In this document: positions 14,133 to 23,950 of the stretch, in pieces | Layout of the letters: the number at the start of each line of letters is the position of its first letter | How positions within the stretch are numbered: position 1 is the first letter of the stretch | DNA from: Jimgerdemannia flammicorona | Taxonomy: Eukaryota | DNA: 35,535 bases | Direction of reading: 5' to 3' | NCBI GenBank assembly: GCA_003990765.1 | Contig: RBNJ01000249.1 | Coordinates: 1 to 35,535 of the forward strand | Position numbers and translations under genes: made by a program | Notes under the pieces: model-generated | The model's input: the letters and a program-made list of their open reading frames with translations, nothing else | Told to the model about the DNA's origin: nothing | The model's database searches: none

Positions 14133-15563
14133 TTAAAGCACAAACTTGAACCTCTCATACGCCTCCCTCGCCAACTTTTCCCTATGTTCTGGATGTGCAA
14201 TTTTGATCATTTCCCTCGCCCTCTCACGCATATTCCTCCCATGCAGATTTGTGTGGCCCCACTCGGTCACGATGTGATGCGCATGGTACCTCGTGGTAGT
14301 GATCCCCGCCCCGGGCTTCAACGTCGACACGATCCTAGACACGGTAGCGGGTTGCTCGGCATCCCCCGGCGCAGGCTTGTGGGGTTTTGCGGTGGCGGGT
14401 AGGGCGATGATAGGCACACCGCCCTCGCTGAGAGCAGCGCCACGCTCGAAGTCAGTCTGGCCACCCACGCCGGAGATCAGGCGGGTGCCGATGGAGTCAG
14501 CGCACACTTGGCCGGTTATGTCGACCTCAACGGCGGAGTTAATGGCAGTCATCATCGGGTTCGAGCCGATGATCACCGGGTTGTTGGCGATCGAGGAGTC
14601 AATGAACGACACTTCCGGGTTATCGTCCACATAGTCGTAGACCCGTCGAGAGCCCATCACAAACGAGGTGACAATCCGCCCAGGGAGGAAGGCCTTTTTC
14701 AGGTTGGTGACGACGTTGCGCTCCATGAGTTCGATGACCCCATCAGAGAACATCTCCGTGTGAATGCCGAGGTTCTTGTGGTTCTTGAGCTGCGCGAGTA
14801 CGGCGTTGGGGATGGCACCGATGCCCATCTGGAGCGTCGCCCCGTCGCGGACGAGGTTGTGCGCGATGATCTCACCGATCCGTCGCTCCACATCTGAGTT
14901 GCCGTCGGACTTCGTGATGGACTCTGGGAGCGGCTCGGCAAGCTCGGGGGCATCAACGAGGATGTCAATGGCAGAGATATGCAGATGCGTGTTGCCATGC
15001 GTGCGCGGCATGTTTGGATTGATCATGGCTATTATTTTGCGCGAGCACTCGGCCGCCGGCATTGACGCAGAGACCTCGACCCCAAGGGAAACGAAGCCGT
15101 GCCGGTCCGGCGGAGAGACATTGAGGATGGTCCAATCGAGCGGGATCTGGTGCTTTCGGAAGAGTCCTGGGATCTCTGAGAGGAAGACGGGAAGGTACGC
15201 CGCGTGTCCATTCGCGACGGCTGCACGCTGGTTCGCGCCTGTGAAGAGATTGTTGACGAAGAAGGCTCGGTGCAGTGGGTGAGTCTTGTCTGGGTCTGAG
15301 CTGGCAATGGATGGCGGGCTACACGGATTGTCTATCTCGAGGTGGAGGTGGTAGAGCTGGACTGCTGTGAGATCCTCGGCGCGGTCGGCCAGGGCTTGCA
15401 TAATAGGGCGAGGGAAAGCGGCCACACCATGGATGTATAGGTGTTCCCCCGACTTAATTTGAGACACTGCCTCCCGCGGGGTGCGGACTACGGATGGGAA
15501 ACCCTTGCGCGTAAAATATGATCGGGTTGCGGTGCAAACCAGAGAAGGCTTCAGCTTGAACAT
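14133..15563 (-). CDS. Family I CoA-transferase / acetyl-CoA hydrolase, 4-hydroxybutyrate CoA-transferase (Cat2/ASCT-like) type; intronless
   Basis: Single ORF from ATG 15563 (MFKLKPSLVCTATRSYFTRK). Motifs VSPPDRHGFVSLG, NPNMPRTHG, LQMGIGAIPNAV, GIHTEMFSDG (catalytic Glu), SGVGGQTDFERGA, IVTEWG. Confidence 0.9.
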   Translation of the reverse strand: MFKLKPSLVCTATRSYFTRKGFPSVVRTPREAVSQIKSGEHLYIHGVAAFPRPIMQALADRAEDLTAVQLYHLHLEIDNPCSPPSIASSDPDKTHPLHRAFFVNNLFTGANQRAAVANGHAAYLPVFLSEIPGLFRKHQIPLDWTILNVSPPDRHGFVSLGVEVSASMPAAECSRKIIAMINPNMPRTHGNTHLHISAIDILVDAPELAEPLPESITKSDGNSDVERRIGEIIAHNLVRDGATLQMGIGAIPNAVLAQLKNHKNLGIHTEMFSDGVIELMERNVVTNLKKAFLPGRIVTSFVMGSRRVYDYVDDNPEVSFIDSSIANNPVIIGSNPMMTAINSAVEVDITGQVCADSIGTRLISGVGGQTDFERGAALSEGGVPIIALPATAKPHKPAPGDAEQPATVSRIVSTLKPGAGITTTRYHAHHIVTEWGHTNLHGRNMRERAREMIKIAHPEHREKLAREAYERFKFVL

Positions 15564-15780
15564 GGCGGGATGGATGAGCGAACGAGGGGGCTTGGTTCTG
15601 GAGGTTTTATAGAACAGGACGAGGTTTCCGCATAAGGATATAAGGATATGGCCTGATGTTCGCCAGTCACGTGTCTCGGAATATCGTATGCGAAATTCTG
15701 CGGATTTCCCCTGTAAAATTGGGGGGGTACGATTTTGAGGGAATTTCTTGCTAAGGAAATGTCCTAACCCAAACAACACC

Positions 15781-17000
15781 ATGCCCACCACCACCAACCA
15801 CATGCTCATCATGTTGATGCTGCTCATAGCATCAACAAACAACCTTCTTCTGTTGATCATAGCAGTAACCATAGCCTCTCACTTATCACTCATGCCAAAC
15901 TCTCATGGGCCAGACCAACCTAAGTCTACAGTTTAGTTCTGGGAAATCCTACTCACTATGTCCAATGACCAGTTCCATGAGCATATGAGAATAACTCACC
16001 CAACATTTGACCTTATACTCCATACCATCACACTCTATCTAAAATATGAACATATTAGATCTGGCAAGCTATCTATATCTTCTTCAGCATAGCTTGCTAT
16101 TGTAATTTGGATACTAGTCACAGATGAAACTCAATGAGCTACAGCCCAACAGTTTGGGGTAGACAAAACAACTATCATACATATTATACAAGATGTTTGC
16201 AATCTTATTGTAATACTATTTGAGAATATAATTTCATACCTATAATTTGAAATAGACAGTGAGTGGAGGTAAATTATAAGTAGCTTCTATGTATATAATT
16301 TCAAGGCATCTAAATATTATTGGGGCTGTTGATGGGTCATATATTACAATTATTAAACCTGTAGAGAGTGATACAATACCTAATCCCCAAGAATAGTTCT
16401 ATTGTAAAGAATTTTATATGATAATTCTCCAGAGTATTATAGATCATACTAGACTCTTTCATGATATCATGGTTAGATACTAGGGTAGAGTAAGTGATCA
16501 GAGAGTATAGACTGAGTCTAATGTCTATTAAATAAATATAGATAATTGATATTTTATTCCTGATGGTGCCATCTTTATTGGGAATAAAATCTATACTATT
16601 TCATTGATTATAATACCACTATATAGGAACTATAGCTACCTCTTATATAAATAATATTGATATAATAAACAATATATCTATATATATATATCTATTGAGA
16701 TTACTTTTAGCAAATTGAAGGGCTACTTCTAATACTTAAATATGATATTGTTATATCATCTTTTTTTTGTACTTATCTTAGTTTATATCTGTATTATATT
16801 GTATAATCTCTATATATTATAGAATGATCCCTTACTTGAAGAAGAATGGATCAATTACTAGCAATATGAAAAGAAGTATGATGAAGAAGAATTTATTAAG
16901 ATATTGGAGGAATATTGAGCTATACAGCAGCTAGGTGAGGTTCAGCCTTCACCAGAAGCTAGTAATATTATTATATTTCCAAACATGATACCTATTTAGT
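15781..17000 (+). pseudogene. Degenerate PIF/Harbinger transposase (DDE_Tnp_4 type)
   Basis: Manual translation through many stops gives QFHEHMRITHPTFDLIL, LAIVIWILVT, AQQFGVDKTTI, IIGAVDGSYITI, ILQSIIDHTRLF, GRVSDQRV, SIEITFSKLKGYF, CIILYNL. The 3' limit is approximate. Confidence 0.8.
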
Positions 17001-17869
17001 TATATAATACTATTGCAAATATTTTCATGAATAATAATATATAGACTATATAGACAGAACTCTAATATAATACATATAATGCTGTAAACAATTGTATATA
17101 ATTATATTATATAATATACTCAATCTAACTTGTGATTCTACTCAGCATTCTTTATAGATTTAGTGGTAGTGTTTGGGTTTGGGTTTGTAGAAATTGCTAG
17201 ATCATTTGATATAGTATATTAGTTATATTCTGCTATCTTTTTAGTAGAATGATAATAACAATATATCTATATTTAACCAGTTAGCAAATATCATATTACT
17301 ATCTATCATCTCAGATATAAGTCTTATACTAATACTACCTATTATTCTGACTTCTTCTATCATTTCACTACCTATTAATCCTATATTCATCATTTCTGTT
17401 CCTCTTATCATACTACTACTCATTATAATATTACTTATTATTAACTGTTGGGATGCAAGAAGATGAACTAGTATTCAAGAAACTTATCAAATAGAGGATT
17501 CAAGATAGTGACAATATTAGTTGCAAATACTAGTTGATGCCTTTTCAGTATATACTTTACCTTTTTACATCTCTTGATTTCTATGGCCTAAATATTATTA
17601 AGAATGACAGATTTGATAGACTTCTCTCTACTATCTTCAACACCTCCTATATCATTCTCTTCAATATCCAATAAGTCTATAAGAGAGTTTGAAATGATAT
17701 ATTTACTGGAAACATCAGTATATATAGGAGTATTGAGAACTTCAGTTAATATAGAAGAATCATTTCCATCTTCATTAACAATAGTAGTGCTCTGAACAAA
17801 TGGAGTTGATCCGGATGAGATTCGATTCAGATTCGTCATGTGATGGATTCGAATCAACTCGGATTGGTC

Positions 17870-17965
17870 TCATGATCTGATCTGGATTGATCTGGATTGA
17901 TCTGGATTGATCCATCTGGATTGATCCATCTGGATTGACCCATCCAGATTGATCCATTCGGATTA
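17870..17965. repeat. Left subterminal repeat array of the hAT (GATCTGGATT / GATCCATCTGGATT units)
   Basis: Tandem 10- and 14-bp units directly visible. Confidence 0.85.
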
Positions 17966-18168
17966 AAATCTTTGGTGACGTTACCCTTTCTTTTGTTCAT
18001 TTCACTCTTGTTTTTTTTTTCTGCTGCACTTTGGTGACATTACCCTTTCCTTTGTTCCCTCTCTTTTCTTTGTTTTTTTTCTTTGTTCTTTCCTGCCACA
18101 TCATGAGCAAATAAAACAGCAGCCCTAAGTTCATATGTTGGTCCAGTCTACTCATTTTTCACCCTGCA

Positions 18169-20208
18169 ATGATCGTCAAAAGAGGGAGTATTCGAGATGG
18201 AAACGCACTCTCTGCTGACAATATTAGATTCTTTCTCATATGGACAGCATACAAGCTGCTCATCGAGAGCCAAAGGAGTGACGGCGGTGGTGGTGGTGGT
18301 GGCGATGGCAATGGCGATAGTGGGGATGAGGGAGAATTCCGGCAACAACTCACGGCAGCCCTTCAGACCTCGGAATTCACAGACCTTACAGCTATGTACA
18401 TGGCAGCCTTTTTGGAGCAGCTGATAGTAGATGTAGGTTGCTCACTTGGCCGCCACTTGTTTACTTGTGTTTATTTATTTAAACTTCCCCAGCATGACCC
18501 AATTCACCTTATGCTTCTCTCAGGGTCCACAGCTCTACGGCGAGATCTGCCGACTTTATTCACAACATCTGGTCAAGATGAAGAAAGGCTGGCGGACATT
18601 GCGGGGCATGCCTTTGGTGGCTGAGCTGTTGAGTCAATGCATCGTGTGGCGGAGGTCTCAAAAGGAACAGAAGCAAGCCTTTGTGAGCAATTCTTGTACA
18701 ACTCGTGCAACTTGTCGGCATGCAACTCATCGGCATGCAACTCGTTGGCATGCAGCTCACTCACTCATGCTCTTTTTCTGAAATACCCATCTCCATGTTT
18801 TATTTAATTTCATTTTTACGTGGTCTCCCTCTAAAAAACACCCACACCCGCACACAACCTGCACACAACCCATCCGCATGCAATCCGCCTGCCCGCATGC
18901 AACCCGCCCATACGCAATCCACCCACAATCTGCCCGCATGCAACCTGCCTACACATAATCTGTCCGCATACTTATCTCGGTCCCTCAGATCAGGGCTCAG
19001 TTCCAGTGAAAAGGAGAGTTCAAAGTTACCCAAGTTCAACCATGTCTGGCATCTGATCAAATAGAGAAATTCGAGAGCAAGATGTTCAGCATGAGCAGTA
19101 CCAGCATCGTCATCAAGGCTTGGGGGTCTACATTCAAATCAGAGCCAATCGTACTCGACCAAGGGGTCCATTGGCCAGCAGGAGTAACCAATGATGAAGA
19201 GAACCATATCTTTATTAACGAACATGGAGAGGTGGTTGCAATGGTGGTAAGGAACCTCTACAGCGATGAGCTTCACCACTACATTAATGAGATTTGTAAG
19301 GATTGCATCAAATACCAGGTAGTAGGGAAGAGGGGGCGAAAAAAGCAAGGAGGGGGGGTTTGGATGGGAATTGGGTATACTGCAACACTGGTAAAGGGTG
19401 GGTTCCGAAATCCCCCGCACTCGTCTCCCTTTTTTTTTAACCCCTCCCCAGATAAATCACACTCTTCACCGACATACTCTTTTTGATACAATTCCAGAGA
19501 TACACAAGATTCTGTACCCCTACTGGAACTTTAGAAGTGCCATCGAAGAGCAAACTATGCGCGAGCATGACACAGCCTGTGTGGCAATGGCAGCTATGAT
19601 CTGGGGTTCTTTGAGCAGATTGGTAGAGTGTATGGCAGGCCAGCTTGGTGGTGATCTCAGTGTGGCTGTATGTACGTTCTTGGCACAATTTAGCATGCCA
19701 TATGAGGTGAGGAGCTCTGCTTTTTTGAGGTGCTACAGCCCAGAGGGTTTCTGCGGCCCGGGGGGTTTCTGCCCCCTGAACGCAAAAAGGACTAACCGGT
19801 TGCCATCCATTTTGGCAGGTTTTCAAGCCGGGGCTCCCGGGGCTGGACCAAGGGCAGGCATCCACCAGTACAGCCTGGCAGTATGAGGTCCTAGGCCAAG
19901 AGTTCACCCAACTGTATGCTCGCGTCACATCAGGATATGTTGGGCGCAACCTTTCTCTGCCCATACACACAGACAACAATGTCACCCTGGTAATGTTTTA
20001 CATCCCGAAAAGGAAGGGCCCAACCTGGGAGGATAGCGGCAGAGTCTGGTATGACCTCACCTACAGTTTCGGGGTCCCGTTTGTGGCCAACATGGCTGTC
20101 CTATTCCAACCACATGACCACCATGGCACCGTCGCCTTCAAGGAGAGCTCGGACACAACAGTCGTCGCACTCACAATGGATGACAGGCTCATCAAGGCCT
20201 GGGACTAG
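18169..20208 (+). CDS. hAT cargo gene: putative Fe(II)-dependent dioxygenase, TET/JBP-like; may be disabled by one in-frame TGA
   Basis: Phase-compatible exons: 18169-18432, 18524-18682, 18989-19390, 19452-19706 (alternative join 19397/19498), 19819-20208. The last exon reads ..GRNLSLPIHTDNNVTLVMFYIP..GVPFVANMAVLFQPHDHHGTVAF..TTVVALTMDDRL, with HxD at 19966-19974 and a distal His at 20122. In-frame TGA at 19007-19009; ATG 19082 lies downstream of it. Confidence 0.55.
18695..18965. repeat. GCATGCAAC-based 11-15 bp degenerate repeats inside a predicted intron of the cargo gene
   Basis: TCGGCATGCAACTC-like units at 18703-18758 and CCCGCATGCAACC-like units at 18870-18950. Confidence 0.7.
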
Positions 20209-20516
20209 TGGGTGGAGCAGTTTTTGTAAGGGTTAGGCAATCTTTCGTAAGGGTTAGGCAGCCATTTTGTGCGGGTTGGGCAGTCTTATGTAGGGGGGTT
20301 GGGCCAGGCGCCTCTTATGTAGCACTAGCTTAGTCATTATGCAGGGCCCTACCGGCCCCTCAGCCCTGCTCTGTAGTGCCGCCAGTGCGGCACTGCGGTG
20401 CAGGGCCGGGGTGCCCATGGGACCTGAACTGGTGACTTCGACTGCCGGAAATGCCCTCCGACCGCCAGAAGCACCCTCCGACCGCCAGAAGCACCCTCTA
20501 CCCCAGACTCCTTGGT

Positions 20517-20830
20517 GGCTTGGGGCTGCCCCTATGCCGCTAGCGAAGGGCCGCAAATTTTGCATGCTCCCTCTGCCTGCCCCGCCCGCCAACCAACCCC
20601 GCCCACTGACCCGGACACTGACAGCTTGGGGCTGCCCCTCGCTGCTGGCGGAGGGCTGCAAATTTTGCGTGCTCCCTCCACCTCCCCTCCCGACCCAGAC
20701 ACTTGCGGCTTGGGGCTGCCCCTTGCTGCCGGCGGAGGGCCGCAAATTTTGCGCACTCCCTCCACCGACCTGCTCACCGACCCACCCACTGACCCAGGCA
20801 CTGGCAGCTTGGGGCTGCCAACCCCACCCC
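20517..20830. repeat. GC-rich ~85-105 bp tandem repeat (3 full copies + 1 partial) between the convergent hAT genes
   Basis: GCTTGGGGCTGCCCC...GAGGGCCGCAAATTTTGC..CTCCCTC recurs from ~20517, ~20622 and ~20707, with a partial copy at ~20807. Confidence 0.85.
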
Positions 20831-20943
20831 ACTTTGGCCGCAAACTCTGAGCTGAGTCCTCAGGTTTTTTTTCCTTTTTATTAATTTGAAAGGTATTAAA
20901 TATTCCACAAGGCCAACCAACTTATCCACGGACCTGCCGAATT

Positions 20944-23513
20944 TTAGCGGCCCGAGCCCCACCAAGACTTCAGACACATACATGCCCGGATTGTCTCAGC
21001 ATTCAGTGCACACCTCTTTGGGGCAACGAGGTCCACCCCACCTGAGAACACCCGCTCAACGGGAGCACTAGAGGCAGGAATCGCCAGGTAGTCCCGAGCT
21101 ATACCACACAGGCTGGGAAAGTCTGTTTGATGCAGCTGCATGCCCCAGTGGGTAGAGTAGAGCAGTGGTTAGATTGGTGGATTAAATTGGCCCAACGCCC
21201 GCCAGACAACCCACCTTCCACCAGTTGAGCACCTCCGTGCCCTCCAGCAGGACCACATGGTCACTGGCGAGGTAAATGGTAAGTTCATCTATTGACGGCA
21301 GCTCTTCCACTGACAGCTCCCTCTTCCTCTTTCTGCCGAAGTAAATGTGGGACAGGAGGGATCCCTCGGCATATTCGTCCAAACTTCGGCCAGAACCTTG
21401 CAGTGGTGTGTAGTTTTTCTGGTACACTTCAATTACAGTCTGCTTGGTTCTCTCAATGAAGTGCTGCTCTCAGCCCTGATCTTTATGGTATTGTAGCTTT
21501 AAGTGTGGGTCCAGCACTGTTCGAAGAAAAGGAGAGTGAGTTTTTGCGGGGTTTCCTCTGTTTTGGAAGGAGCAACGGCCACATGCCGACATCGACATAC
21601 CTATACTGATTGAGTATACGGCAGTATCTGTTTGGGTGTAGTATTTTCTAAGCTTGCTTAGAGCAACCACCACAGTGTCTCTCTGATCTGGGCTTAACCA
21701 TAAATCACCGCAACCCTCCAGCCTGTCCTCGAGCTTGTCCTCTAGCCAGTCAATCAGAAGGTTGTATACTGGTATCACAGAGCTTATTGTTGGGGTCGTT
21801 TGTTTGACTATATCCTTCGTACAATCGTCAAAACACTGGCAGTTATATGTGGTGAGGTGTTGCACTGTACAGAGGTAGACAAAATGAGTGTGGAGCCAGG
21901 GCAACCACCACTTACTTCCAAAACTCTGACAATATTCCTAAGTACGTCCCACTTGCTTTCACCTAGAGCCTCGGCTCGTATTTTCTTATTGGCAGTCATC
22001 GTTGAATCTATTGGCTTTTTTTTTTTTTTTAAAATAAATCTTCCATCATCCGAAACAGTTGCTTCAGCCAACCAAAGAAAAAAAGGATGCATACCACAGC
22101 AAACTCTAGTGCGTGCTGGATCATTGCAAATGTTGAGTTCCAACGTGTACAGATGTCCAATATAAGCTCTTTTGGGGCTAAACTGATTGCCCTACACTGT
22201 GCAGCGAATTTGTCTCGTTATTGTGGGGATGATCGGACCAACACAACCAGTTTGTGCAGCTTGGAAATTATACTCAGGGCCCCTCCTCTCTCAGATGTTT
22301 TATCTACGTGTGTAAGATAGTCCTGAACAGCGAGGTTCAGTACGTGGGCCTGGCATCATATATGGCAGCTTTCTGTACTGAAGACCATGTTTTCCTGTTT
22401 GAGGCTGGCCACTAAACCTTGGAAAATGTTGAGTTATTTGTGGCATTGTCCATTGTAATGGCCAAAATCTGTACTTGAAATATTTAGTTGACAAATTTAT
22501 ATGAAAATAAGTAATCAATAAAATCTGGTTTAGTTAAGGACCTCCTTCAAAATGTCGACCTGACGGCAAGCCCCCCTTTTTTACCTTGGTGGTGATCCCA
22601 AGCTCCCGGATACAACTAATAAAAACATCTGCGATGTTGTCTCCAGAATGAGGACCAGCAAGTTTGACGAAGTCAAGGGTGAGAGATTTAAGCTGCCAAT
22701 CGAGGTCAATCTAATGACCGGTAATGCCCAGAAATGAAATTGTATTGGGGGATATCCATGTGTCGATTGTAAATGAAATTTTGTCTGCCGGATTCTGCTT
22801 ATTGAATGTGAGGTTAAATTGGTAAGCTCTTTTGTATAATTCAGCTTGCAAAGGTCACAGTGCTGCCCTTATTTTATCTGAAGTGTCTGGTGGAGATTGT
22901 CGTGCTCCTTCCTATAGGCCTCCAGGACATCTTTGCGAATAGTATCGGCACTTGGCAAATATAAATCATACTTGAGAAGGCCAAAGATGCTATGCAATTG
23001 ATCACTCTTGATGGTTGTGAATGGCTGGTCTGTGCACACAATCTAGCGAATGAGCTGATTTCGAAATTCTGCTGAAGAGTATGGCTAAAATTTTTGATTA
23101 AATGGCGTTGTTGGTACAGAAATGGTCAGGCAGTTGGATAAACATACCCACCACAGCTTGGATGTTGATTTTATTTGTCTCTATGTTCTTTTTGATTTTG
23201 TCAGAGTGCTTGTCTTTTATGTGTCGATTCATGTTTGAAGTCATACCCCCAAGCATTTTGAACTTCTGGCTGGTGCAGTTCAAGGGGGTGGATGAAACAA
23301 TATCATGTGTGTGTCAAACAATATCATGTGTGTATCAAAACAAAGTGTCAATAGGTACGTCTTAATTTTTTACCTGCAATAATTACAAACAACATCATCT
23401 CCTATCTTAGTACAATGTTGCCAGATTTCGGAGCAATTGCGTGGAAGGTGTGGAACTATCAGGGATGTTTGACTTGAAGCATCATCGGTACTGTGAACTG
23501 TTGAAGACTGATC
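20944..23513 (-). pseudogene. hAT transposase with BED zinc finger and C-terminal dimerisation domain; multi-exon, few premature stops
   Basis: SEIWQHCTKIGDDVVCNYC..TSNMNRHIKDKH (BED), IVCTDQPFTTI, SFTIDTW (D1), GPHSGDNIA, ITMDNATNN (D2), CQAHVLNL (CxxH), TRWNST, IARDYLAIPASSAPVERVFS (E). Stops at 23043-45 and 22711-13 (TGG->TAG) and ~22356 (CGA->TGA). The first exon is uncertain, possibly to ~23614. Confidence 0.9.
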
Positions 23514-23619
23514 TGTCGATATGTATGTTTGTATGTTTGTGTATGCATGTGTATGCGTGTGTGTGTATGCGTGTATGTGTGTTATATTGTGGACACATCC
23601 GGCATATGAGTCATGTGGA

Positions 23620-23950
23620 GGATTTGGATTGGAGGATTCAGTTGAAGGATTCGGATGAGGATTCGGATTGAAGGATTCGAATTAGAGGATTCGAATTGGA
23701 GGATTCAAATTGGAGGATTCGAATTGAGTGATTCGGATTGAGTGATTCGGATTGAGTGATTCGGATTGAGTGATTTGGATTGAGTGGTTCGGATTGGAGT
23801 GGTTCGGATGGGTGATTTGGATGGGTGATTTGGATGGGGCAATTCGGATGGGGCGATTTGGATTGAGTGATTTGGATTGAGTGATTCGGATTGGGGTGGT
23901 TCGGATGGGTGATTCGGATGGGGTGATTCGGATGGGGCGATTCGGATTAA
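23620..23950. repeat. Right subterminal repeat array of the hAT (14-bp GATTCGGATTGAGT-like units, ~20+ copies)
   Basis: Tandem GATTCGGATTGAGT / GATTCGAATTGGAG / GATTCGGATGGGGT units directly visible. Confidence 0.9.

Noticed and set aside
1739..15563. Functional mitochondrial/metabolic gene cluster
   Set aside because: ALT, MDM31 and the CoA-transferase may all be mitochondrial but share no pathway or visible regulatory motif; adjacency could be chance.
15564..15872. 103-aa N-terminal extension of the 579-aa ORF
   Set aside because: It runs into the antisense of the Harbinger 5' end; ATG 15563 gives a presequence-like start and normal family length.
20254..20884. ORFs of 192, 181, 112 and 103 aa
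   Set aside because: Open in several frames on both strands because the sequence is a GC-rich tandem repeat.
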